From: Clostridiales bacterium
Lineage (GTDB): Bacteria > Bacillota > Clostridia > Peptostreptococcales > Anaerovoracaceae
Direction: 5' to 3'
DNA: 64,000 nucleotides
Assembly (NCBI GenBank): GCA_022773945.1
Contig: JALFNS010000018.1
Coordinates: 2,960-66,959, forward strand
The position numbers and the translations under genes are program-made. Shown piece after piece: positions 49,229 through 57,037 of the stretch. How positions within the stretch are numbered: the first letter of the stretch is position 1; every line of letters starts with the position of its first letter. The notes below the pieces were generated by a model. That model searched no databases. It was not told where the DNA came from and saw nothing but the letters and a program-made list of their open reading frames with translations.

Positions 49229-51205
49229 TTATGTCACCGGATTTCCGTCATCGGCCCTTGTGGTTACAAACTCGCAGCGTTCCTTGCCGTCAACCACATT
49301 GTCCGCGAAGAGGAGCATGCCCTTTGACTCCAGGCCTCTCAGCTTACGAGGCTTCAGGTTGGCAACGACTACAACCTTCTGGCCAACGCATTCTTCAGGC
49401 TTGAAGTCCTCGGCAACGCCGGAGATAATCTGGCGCTTTTCGGTTCCCATCTTAACCTGGAACACGAGGAGCTTGTCAGCCTTCGGGTGCTTCTCTGCGG
49501 AGAGGATTGTTCCTACTCTCAGATCCAGCTTGTCAAAGTCATCGTATTCTATCTCGTCCTTGAGCTCCAGAGGAATGTTCACGTCTGCGCCCTTGGCGGC
49601 AGCCGTTTCGGCACCTATCTTGTAGAGCTCCTCCAGCTCCTTCTCGATGTCCAGTCTAGGGAATATGGCTTTGCCCTTCTTAACCTGTTCGCCGCACATC
49701 ATCTCGAAGGTGAATGCGTCCTCCCAGGCGACATCCGAGTACCAGAGACCCATCTGCTTCCTTATAGCATCCGAAGTCGTGTGCATATACGGGTGGATGA
49801 GTATTGAAATGATTCTGATGGCCTCTGCCAGGTTGTGGAGAACATTGTCAAGTCTAGGCTTCATAGCCTCGTCCTTGGCCAGTGCCCACGGCATGGTCTC
49901 GTCGATGTACTTGTTGGCGCGTCTCACGAGAATCCAGATCTCCTCGAGAGCCATGTTGAACTTGAAGTCGTCCATGTTCTTCTCAACCTTAGGGGCAGCT
50001 CCCAGAGCAACCTCCTTCAGCTGAGCATCATAGTCCACCTCATCGCGGCAGCGGCCTTCCTCGGTGAGATCAGGCACGAAACCGCCGTTGTATTTCTCGA
50101 TCATACTCACTGTTCTGGAAACCAGATTTCCCAGGTCGTTTGCCAGATCGTAGTTCAGTCTCTTGAGCATCACCTCATTGGTGAAGGTTCCGTCCTGACC
50201 GAAGGTGTACTCTCTCAGGAGGAAGTACTTGAGAGCATCGATACCGTAGCGGTCTATGAGAACTACAGGATCGATGACATCCAGACCCTTGGCTGCCTTT
50301 GACTTGGAAACCTTCTCGCCGCCCATGAGCAGCCATCCGTGACCGCGCACCTGCTTAGGCAGCGGCAGACCCGCACTCATGAGCATTGCAGGCCATATGA
50401 TGGAGTGGAAACGCACGATTTCCTTGCCCACGAGATGAACGTCAGCAGGCCAGTACTTCTCGTACTTCTCCGGTTCATCCGGCCATCCCAGTGCAGTGAT
50501 GTAGTTCGTCAGCGCGTCGAGCCATACATATATAACGTGTTTCTCATCGATAGGAACAGGGATACCCCAGTCGAAAGTGGATCTGGAGATGCAGAGATCC
50601 TCAAGCCCCTGCTCGATGAAGGCTATCATTTCGTTTCTTCTTGATTCAGGCTCCAGGAATTCCGGCTTCTCTCTGAAAAGCTTCAGCAGGTCGTCCGCAT
50701 AGCTGCTGAGCTTGAAGAAGTAAGCCTCCTCCTTGGCCTTGGTTACCGGCCTGCCGCAGTCCGGACATTTGCCGTCCACCAGCTGGGCCTCCGTCCAGAA
50801 GGATTCGCAAGGCGTGCAGTACCAGCCTTCGTACTCGCCTTTGTATATATCACCCTTCTCATACATTTTCATGAACATGGCCTGAACGCGCTTGATGTGT
50901 CTGTCCTCTGTAGTTCTGATGAAATCGTCGTAGGAAATCTCCATGGTTTTCCACAGATCCTTGATTCCCGCAACGACCTCGTCCACATACTCCTGAGGAG
51001 AAACGCCCTTTTCCTGGGCGAGAAGCTGAATCTTCTGTCCGTGCTCGTCAGTGCCGGTCAGGAACATGACATCATAGCCCTGCAGCCTCTTGAACCTGGC
51101 CATGGCATCCGCCATAACCGTACAGTAAGTGTGCCCTATATGAAGGTTAGAGCTGGGGTAGTAGATAGGTGTACTGATGTAATAAGTTCCTTTGTCCTTT
51201 GCCAT
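49229..51205 (-). CDS. metG: Methionine--tRNA ligase with C-terminal tRNA-binding domain
   Basis: YYPSSNLHIGH, GTDEHGQKI, KVSKS and DLRVGTILSAEKHPKADKLL motifs. Confidence 0.98.
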   Translation of the reverse strand: MAKDKGTYYISTPIYYPSSNLHIGHTYCTVMADAMARFKRLQGYDVMFLTGTDEHGQKIQLLAQEKGVSPQEYVDEVVAGIKDLWKTMEISYDDFIRTTEDRHIKRVQAMFMKMYEKGDIYKGEYEGWYCTPCESFWTEAQLVDGKCPDCGRPVTKAKEEAYFFKLSSYADDLLKLFREKPEFLEPESRRNEMIAFIEQGLEDLCISRSTFDWGIPVPIDEKHVIYVWLDALTNYITALGWPDEPEKYEKYWPADVHLVGKEIVRFHSIIWPAMLMSAGLPLPKQVRGHGWLLMGGEKVSKSKAAKGLDVIDPVVLIDRYGIDALKYFLLREYTFGQDGTFTNEVMLKRLNYDLANDLGNLVSRTVSMIEKYNGGFVPDLTEEGRCRDEVDYDAQLKEVALGAAPKVEKNMDDFKFNMALEEIWILVRRANKYIDETMPWALAKDEAMKPRLDNVLHNLAEAIRIISILIHPYMHTTSDAIRKQMGLWYSDVAWEDAFTFEMMCGEQVKKGKAIFPRLDIEKELEELYKIGAETAAAKGADVNIPLELKDEIEYDDFDKLDLRVGTILSAEKHPKADKLLVFQVKMGTEKRQIISGVAEDFKPEECVGQKVVVVANLKPRKLRGLESKGMLLFADNVVDGKERCEFVTTRADDGNPVT

Positions 51206-51252
51206 TTATAAATCTTCCTTTCTTCTTCCCGCGAATGAGCGGTGCTGTTGTA

Positions 51253-52077
51253 TTACAAAAAGAGCTTCGGCTCTTTAGGTTCAGGGTATCCGAGCTCAAG
51301 CTCCTCCTTATGGTAGAGGTAGCCCGGGTCATCGAAATAGAGCGCCCCCTGAGGGCATTTCTTCTCGCAGCCGCAGCATTTGATGCAGATGCCGTCCACA
51401 ACGCCGGGAGCTTCCGGCTTGATGGAGCCCATCGGGCAGGCTTCAACGCAAAGTCCGCAACCGTCGCATTTAGCTTCATCCAGCTTCGGCTTGACCTTGA
51501 GAATGTTTATGAAGTTTCCCTGCCTGTCGCGCGGCTTGTAGTAATCCCGCAGAGGTTCCTGTCCGTCAACGGTTACAGGTCCCGGAGGCACATCACCGGA
51601 GAGGATTTTGGCCGCTGCGGATTTTGCAAAATCTCTGCAGATTGCCATATCCTTCTCGTTGGGCCGTCCGGCCGCCAGCACCCTTGAGAATGAGTGCTCG
51701 CCGATAAAGGCTGCCGCGGCAACAGTGTGGAAGCCCCGCGCTTCCAGTATGTCACGCAGCTCGATGAGTGCGTCGTCGAAATTCCTGTTGCCGTAGAGAA
51801 CCACGGGCACGGCCAGTGCCCCGCCGCCCTCCAGCGTGTTCAGAAACTTCAGCAGAACGTTGGGCACGCGGCCTGCGATTACAGGGGTTCCGAAGACGAC
51901 AAGGTCTTCGCTGCTGAATCGGTAAACCTTCGACCGGGTCTGCAGAGGCGTGAAGTTTATCTGTGCCAGGCTGCTGCCCGGTATTTCTTCGTGCATTGTC
52001 TCAGCGGCGGCGGTGACGATTTTTCCTGTGGTTCCCGTGCCGCTGAAATACATTCCTATTACTCTCTTAATCATCAT
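51253..52077 (-). CDS. EFR1-type flavodoxin plus 4Fe-4S ferredoxin protein
   Basis: YFSGTGTT, LYGNRNFDDAL, CDGCGLCVEACP and CIKCCGCEKKCP motifs. Confidence 0.88.
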   Translation of the reverse strand: MMIKRVIGMYFSGTGTTGKIVTAAAETMHEEIPGSSLAQINFTPLQTRSKVYRFSSEDLVVFGTPVIAGRVPNVLLKFLNTLEGGGALAVPVVLYGNRNFDDALIELRDILEARGFHTVAAAAFIGEHSFSRVLAAGRPNEKDMAICRDFAKSAAAKILSGDVPPGPVTVDGQEPLRDYYKPRDRQGNFINILKVKPKLDEAKCDGCGLCVEACPMGSIKPEAPGVVDGICIKCCGCEKKCPQGALYFDDPGYLYHKEELELGYPEPKEPKLFL

Positions 52078-52714
52078 AGATGGTGCTCTCCCTCCAGACC
52101 TGCTTCTCCGAGTAGGCGATAATCAGATCCACTATATCCTCGATCTCCAGGTAGCCGCTGTCGATGCAGAGATTGTAGTTGATAGGTTCGCCCCACTTGC
52201 GGCCTGTGTGGTATGCATAGTAGTTGGCTCTGGCTTTGTCAGTGTCCTTCATGAGCTTCTTCACCTGATCCTCAGGTACGCCGTACTCGTTGACGGCCCT
52301 CTTGATCTTGTCCGCCTCTTCCGCGTAGATGAACACGTTGGTGGCATAAGGAATTCCTCTGAGGATGTAGTCGGCGCAGCGGCCTACTATAACGCAGGAT
52401 TCCTCCTCTGCGATTTTCCTGATGGTGTCGAACTGAGCCAGGAAGAATCTCTCGTTCAGGCTCAAGCTCTCAGGGCCGGCTTCTCCTGTGCCCATAGCGG
52501 AGGCCAGGCTGTAAAGAAAGCTGTTCTTGGCCTTCTTCTTGGCTGATTCCATCATTTCCTTGCTGTAGCCGGATTCCTCGGCGATTCTGTCCAGAAGCTG
52601 CTTGTCATAAAACGTTACGCCCAACTTCTCGGCCAGTCTCTTGCCTATGAGGCGTCCGCCGCTGCCGAATTCACGTCCGATGGTTATTATTTTCCTGTTG
52701 TTAGTGTTGGTCAT
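52067..52714 (-). CDS. Cytidylate kinase-like family protein
   Basis: IITIGREFGSGG, CVIVGRCADYIL and RANYY..HTG.KWG motifs. Confidence 0.85.
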   Translation of the reverse strand: MTNTNNRKIITIGREFGSGGRLIGKRLAEKLGVTFYDKQLLDRIAEESGYSKEMMESAKKKAKNSFLYSLASAMGTGEAGPESLSLNERFFLAQFDTIRKIAEEESCVIVGRCADYILRGIPYATNVFIYAEEADKIKRAVNEYGVPEDQVKKLMKDTDKARANYYAYHTGRKWGEPINYNLCIDSGYLEIEDIVDLIIAYSEKQVWRESTIYDD

Positions 52715-52752
52715 TTTCCTGTTCCTCCTTTCTCGTATTATATCACAGTTTC

Positions 52753-53670
52753 TCAGAAGATACTTAAGTATCTTTCGCCCGTGTCAGGCAGGATAACTAC
52801 GATTTTTTTACCGGCATTCTCCTCCCTGGAGGCCACATCCACAGCGGCCTTTGCGGCGGCTCCCGAGGACACTCCCACCAGCAGGCCTTCTCTCACAGCC
52901 AGCTGCTTCATTGTCGACAGGGCGTCATCATCGGTAACTGTCAGGACTTCGTCCACCACGTCCATGTCCAGATTCTCAGGGATGAAGTTGGCGCCGATTC
53001 CCTGTATCTTGTGCGGGCCCGCGTGTCCCTCGGTAACCAGCGGGGAGGCGGCAGGTTCGACTCCGATCACGCGGATGTCCGGGTTCATCTTCTTGAGGTA
53101 TCTGCCCGTGCCGCTGACAGTTCCGCCCGTACCGAAGGTCGCCACCAGTATGTCTATATTGCCATCTGTGTCTGACCAGATTTCCGGGCCTGTTGTCTCC
53201 TCGTGAGCCTGCGGGTTTGCCGGGTTGTAGAACTGACCGGCGATGATGCTGCCGGGGATTTCTTCGAGAAGTTCCTCCGCCTTCTTCACGCTGCCCTGCA
53301 TGCCTTCCTCTGCCGGGGTGAGAACGAGCTCCGCACCCAGGGCTGAGAGCAGCTTCCGTCTCTCAACGCTCATGCTCTCGGGCATTACCATGAGCGCTCT
53401 GTAACCTCTGGCGGCGGCGGTCATGGCGATGCCCACTCCCGTGTTGCCGCTGGTCGGCTCTATGATGGTGCCGCCCTTCTTCAGGCGCCCCTCCTTCTCC
53501 GCGGTGATTACCATGTTGTAACCGACTCTGTCCTTGATGCTGCCTGCCGGATTGAAGTACTCCAGCTTGGCGATGATTTCGGCCTTTGCGCCGGAATCCT
53601 CCTCCAGTCCGTGAAGCCGCATGAGCGGCGTACCGCCTATAAGTTCGGTGATTGTATCGTATATTTTCAT
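52753..53670 (-). CDS. cysK: Cysteine synthase A
   Basis: IGGTPL, FNPAGSIKDR (PLP lysine), EPTSGNTG, IQGIGA and PDTGERYLS motifs. Confidence 0.95.
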   Translation of the reverse strand: MKIYDTITELIGGTPLMRLHGLEEDSGAKAEIIAKLEYFNPAGSIKDRVGYNMVITAEKEGRLKKGGTIIEPTSGNTGVGIAMTAAARGYRALMVMPESMSVERRKLLSALGAELVLTPAEEGMQGSVKKAEELLEEIPGSIIAGQFYNPANPQAHEETTGPEIWSDTDGNIDILVATFGTGGTVSGTGRYLKKMNPDIRVIGVEPAASPLVTEGHAGPHKIQGIGANFIPENLDMDVVDEVLTVTDDDALSTMKQLAVREGLLVGVSSGAAAKAAVDVASREENAGKKIVVILPDTGERYLSIF

Positions 53671-53735
53671 AGTGTCACGCTCCTTTCTCACACCTATTTT
53701 ACCACGAACCCGCCCCCTGCAAAATCCTCAGTCAA

Positions 53736-53750
53736 AATTGTCAGAAAAAC
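53736..53750. promoter_or_regulatory. CodY-box-like site between cysK and the surface protein gene
   Basis: AATTGTCAGAAAAAC versus consensus AATTTTCWGAAAATT (3 mismatches). Confidence 0.35.
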
Positions 53751-53866
53751 TTAAAAATGCACAATAGTTTTATGGACAAACCGTGCAGGGGGGTTATAAT
53801 CTAGATACGTTATTTAGTACGCATACTATATGCGAAAAGTAAGAAGAGAGAATCGGAGGAAAAGAG

Positions 53867-55609
53867 ATGAAAAGGAAAAGGAAAATCTGGGCAGTCATGC
53901 TGTCACTGATGATGGTGATGGCGCTCAGCCCGATCAGTACCTTCGCGACCGCCTCGGGAACAGACGGAGCGGCTCCGGCCTCGGTTGAGGCTCAGGCTGA
54001 TGCTCAAGAGGCTGACGTCCAGGAGCCGGCGGCGGAACCTGAGGTGGTTCAGCCTGCAGCGGAAGAACCGGCAGCAGTTGAGGAGGAAGTAACGGTTGAA
54101 GAACCGGCAGTTGAAGAGCCTGCAGGGGATGCAGATGGAGGAATTGTAGCCGGAGCGTTGTACAAGGACGCAAATCAAGGTGATCGTCAACCTGGCATGT
54201 CTGGCGGCAATGATGGAAATAATTATAATGCGAACTATAGATTTGGCTATGATTCGTTTAATTCAGGTTCCAGTACCGATTTAGCAGGCCTTGCATCAGT
54301 GAGTGTAGGAAATACCGCGTTGTCTAGAAACTCAGCAGCTTCAACTGTTGGCGCTGCAGTGAGTCAAGGCGTAACGGTTAGCTTTAATCCGGGATACTAT
54401 TTGTATCAGTATAAAATTGTATGTGGAGACAAGTATAGCTGCCAGACCGCAGCAAGAGGTCAGGCTACAGCAGCTACCGGTGTAATGTCGGGAGCCACAA
54501 ATGCGTCATATACGATTGCATGCACTAAAGGTGATTTTAATCATACAAGTAAAAAAGACCCATATTGGATTCTGCTGCAGCTAAAACAAGATACAGCAAC
54601 ATATACTGTTACATACGACTGGGGAGAATTGAAAACAGCTCTGAAAGCTACGGTTCCGGAGGATAATACAAAATATCTTGTCAATCAGATAGTAACAGTA
54701 AAAGAGCCATCCGAGGCAGCTGTTGCTGAGGCTAAATCACTGGGGTATGAATTCACTGGATGGGAACTGGATAAATCTGTATATCAGGCTAATGATAAGT
54801 TTGGCATGCCTCAGAAAAATGTGACCCTGGTTGCCCAATGGGAAAAAATCGAAATCGAAACGGTAGATATCAATGTAAATAAAATATGGGTTGATCCGGA
54901 AGGAACTGAGCATCCTAAAGTAACCATTAACCTTCTGAAGAACGGCAAGGAGGTTGCTGAAGTTGTTCTGAAGAATGGGGAAACAGCATATAAATTTGAA
55001 GACCTTGAAAAATACTCCTATACATATAATGAGGACGGTTCTGTAAAGGCTGTAACGATAAATAATTATAGCGTTACGGAGGATGCGGTAGAAGGATACA
55101 CTTCAACTATTGACGGCTACAACATAACCAATACCATTGATCAGGTATATATACCGATTTCAGGAAGTAAGACATGGATTGCACCGGAGGGGACTGAGTA
55201 TCCTAAAATAACCATTAATCTTCTGAAGAACGACGAGGAGATTGCTGAAGTTGTACTAAAGAACGGCGAGACGGAGTATGCCTTCGGTGAGTTCCCTAGA
55301 TACGAGTTCAACAAGGATGGCAGCGTAACACTTAACGAGTATACAATCACGGAAGATTCTGTTGATGGATACATAGCGAAGGTGGACGGGTTCAACGTGA
55401 CCAACACTCTGATAGAGGTTCCTGTAACTCCTGATCAGGGCGATGAAGACAACGAACCGGACGACGGCACAACAACAGACAAGGCCGCTGACAACAGCGA
55501 CAGCAGTGCTAAGACCGGGGACTTCATGAATCTCGGAATGCTCATCGCGATAATGATGCTCGCAGTAGCCGGCATAGCAGGAGCCCTGCGTTTCAGAAGA
55601 AGAGCATAA
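53867..55609 (+). CDS. Cell-surface protein with InlB B-repeat-like domain, two Cna-B-type repeats and a sortase-type C-terminus
   Basis: Signal peptide; E/P/A-rich linker; YTVTY..GYEFTGW..VTLVAQW; two ~85-aa repeats (KxW..PEGTE.PK.TINLLKN..ITN); SAKTGD followed by a TM helix and RFRRRA. Confidence 0.85.
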   Translation: MKRKRKIWAVMLSLMMVMALSPISTFATASGTDGAAPASVEAQADAQEADVQEPAAEPEVVQPAAEEPAAVEEEVTVEEPAVEEPAGDADGGIVAGALYKDANQGDRQPGMSGGNDGNNYNANYRFGYDSFNSGSSTDLAGLASVSVGNTALSRNSAASTVGAAVSQGVTVSFNPGYYLYQYKIVCGDKYSCQTAARGQATAATGVMSGATNASYTIACTKGDFNHTSKKDPYWILLQLKQDTATYTVTYDWGELKTALKATVPEDNTKYLVNQIVTVKEPSEAAVAEAKSLGYEFTGWELDKSVYQANDKFGMPQKNVTLVAQWEKIEIETVDINVNKIWVDPEGTEHPKVTINLLKNGKEVAEVVLKNGETAYKFEDLEKYSYTYNEDGSVKAVTINNYSVTEDAVEGYTSTIDGYNITNTIDQVYIPISGSKTWIAPEGTEYPKITINLLKNDEEIAEVVLKNGETEYAFGEFPRYEFNKDGSVTLNEYTITEDSVDGYIAKVDGFNVTNTLIEVPVTPDQGDEDNEPDDGTTTDKAADNSDSSAKTGDFMNLGMLIAIMMLAVAGIAGALRFRRRA

Positions 55610-55657
55610 CGCAAAATCAGACAACCGGGAGAAGCACAAATAAATAGCAACATATCG

Positions 55658-55682
55658 TAGGGGATCCGAACCGGGTCCCCTA
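55658..55682 (+). terminator. Probable terminator hairpin
   Basis: TAGGGGATCC-GAACC-GGGTCCCCTA. Confidence 0.6.
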
Positions 55683-55703
55683 TTAAAATGTCTTTTTTAG
55701 TGC

Positions 55704-55732
55704 TTGCAATTCCGCCGGGCCTGATGTAAAAT
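55704..55732 (+). promoter_or_regulatory. Sigma-A promoter (leaderless transcript)
   Basis: TTGCAA-17bp-TAAAAT, then 6 nt to the ATG at 55739; no SD sequence. Confidence 0.65.
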
Positions 55733-55738
55733 ATTACC

Positions 55739-56515
55739 ATGAATTACATTAAATACTATATGGGCGCTCTGAAGCGCCTCCATGCCGCGGCCACGCGTCA
55801 TCTGGCGGAAATCGAGAAAGAACTGAAAACCATGCCCGAAGGCAATTTGCACATCAAGAAGCGAGGGCATGGATATTCCTGCTATAACTATGAAAAAGGA
55901 ATCCAAAGAAGCATATCATCAAAAGATAAGAAAGTTGAGAGGCTTGGGAGAAAGCGCTTTCTTGAAAGAGATGCGACCTTTTTCAGAACCGTCTGTGAAT
56001 CGCTGGAGCGGTTGTTTGCCAAGGTAGAGGACAACAGGAAGGATACAGCTACACATACAGGACTGATAGACATGTTCGGCGAGGCAAGAATGAAATACAC
56101 GAGAGAACAACTTGCCTGGCTCACATCCGTTCAGACCGCTGATAATCTGAGACCGGAAGAGAAAAAATACAGGACCAGGAGCGGCATTCGGGTGCGTTCT
56201 ATGTCGGAACGATATATAGCAGATATACTCTATGACTTCGGTATATTGTTCATATATGAACCGGAGCTGATTCTGGGTGGCGAGACATTCGTTCCTGACT
56301 TCGTAATACTTCGGCCGGATGGGGAAATTATTATCTGGGAGCATTTCGGTCTTACTAGCATCGAAGAATATAGGCAGAGAATGGAATACAAGCTGGCGAA
56401 GTACAGGGAATACGGCTTCTATCAGCATACTAACCTGATCTGCACCTACGAAGATGATATTGAAGATAAAGCAAGAATAGAAGCCATAGTAAAGGAACGA
56501 CTCTGTCGAATATGA
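55739..56515 (+). CDS. Hypothetical protein with N-terminal helical region and C-terminal PD-(D/E)XK / Vsr-like nuclease domain
   Basis: TRSGIRVRSMSERYIADIL..YEPEL..VPDFVI..WEHFG..Y...KLAKY..G..LICTYED fits a restriction-endonuclease-like fold. Confidence 0.7.
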   Translation: MNYIKYYMGALKRLHAAATRHLAEIEKELKTMPEGNLHIKKRGHGYSCYNYEKGIQRSISSKDKKVERLGRKRFLERDATFFRTVCESLERLFAKVEDNRKDTATHTGLIDMFGEARMKYTREQLAWLTSVQTADNLRPEEKKYRTRSGIRVRSMSERYIADILYDFGILFIYEPELILGGETFVPDFVILRPDGEIIIWEHFGLTSIEEYRQRMEYKLAKYREYGFYQHTNLICTYEDDIEDKARIEAIVKERLCRI

Positions 56516-56525
56516 AGGATGCACA

Positions 56526-56836
56526 AGTATCCAAAATTAAAGAAATCACAAAAAATAGATACAGTCCACTTTGCTTTGAAAAGCAGACTGTATCTATTTT
56601 TTATGAAAAGATGAAATCTGGATACATACACCACTGTCGTGATGAGTTCAAAACACCGAAGCAGATTCCATGTGTATCTATATATGCGAATTACAGCAAA
56701 AATAGATACATACCGACGACGAATAATAGCCTGACTGCATCTATTTAGGGAAGAAATCGAGAATCTGGATACATAGAGCCATTCAGCTACAGCCTGCATG
56801 TATCTAGAATCGAAGAAAACCCTCGAAATAGATACA
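56526..56836. repeat. Phased array of alternating (A/G)GATACA / TGTATCT half-sites
   Basis: Ten half-sites starting at 56526, 56557, 56589, 56620, 56673, 56704, 56736, 56767, 56799 and 56830. Confidence 0.88.
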
Positions 56837-56951
56837 TACATGTACTTTGACCGACAATCACAGGTGCGACCGCCGTCAGGCCCCGAAAACGCTTTAATAA
56901 GTTAAACCTCTACCTGTTTACTGCCCAACCATTTTTTGCCAAAAGTATAGT

Positions 56952-56966
56952 AATTGTCAGTTAATT
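56952..56966. promoter_or_regulatory. CodY-box-like site upstream of the hut operon
   Basis: AATTGTCAGTTAATT versus consensus AATTTTCWGAAAATT (3 mismatches), in the AT-rich promoter region. Confidence 0.4.
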
Positions 56967-57037
56967 TATATATAATTAGCCTACAAACAGGAAGAGATTT
57001 CGCACGTATAATAGTATGTTAAAAAAGGAGAATTGCT

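Noticed and set aside
56512-56748. 78-aa ORF overlapping the nuclease stop and reading through the array
   Set aside because: No recognisable domain and a weak RBS. It is probably open because the 63- and 21-bp spacings are multiples of three. Kept only as an alternative hypothesis.
56526-56836. CRISPR, integron attC or TIGR interpretation of the phased arrays (also 23621-23886)
   Set aside because: Only 7-11 bp half-sites are conserved and they alternate in orientation. There is no 23-47 bp direct repeat, no cas or integrase gene, no GTTRRRY/RYYYAAC ends, and no Nop-domain partner is recognisable.
53867-56836. Accessory patch as an integrated mobile element
   Set aside because: No integrase, transposase, relaxase, flanking direct repeats or tRNA attachment site is seen.
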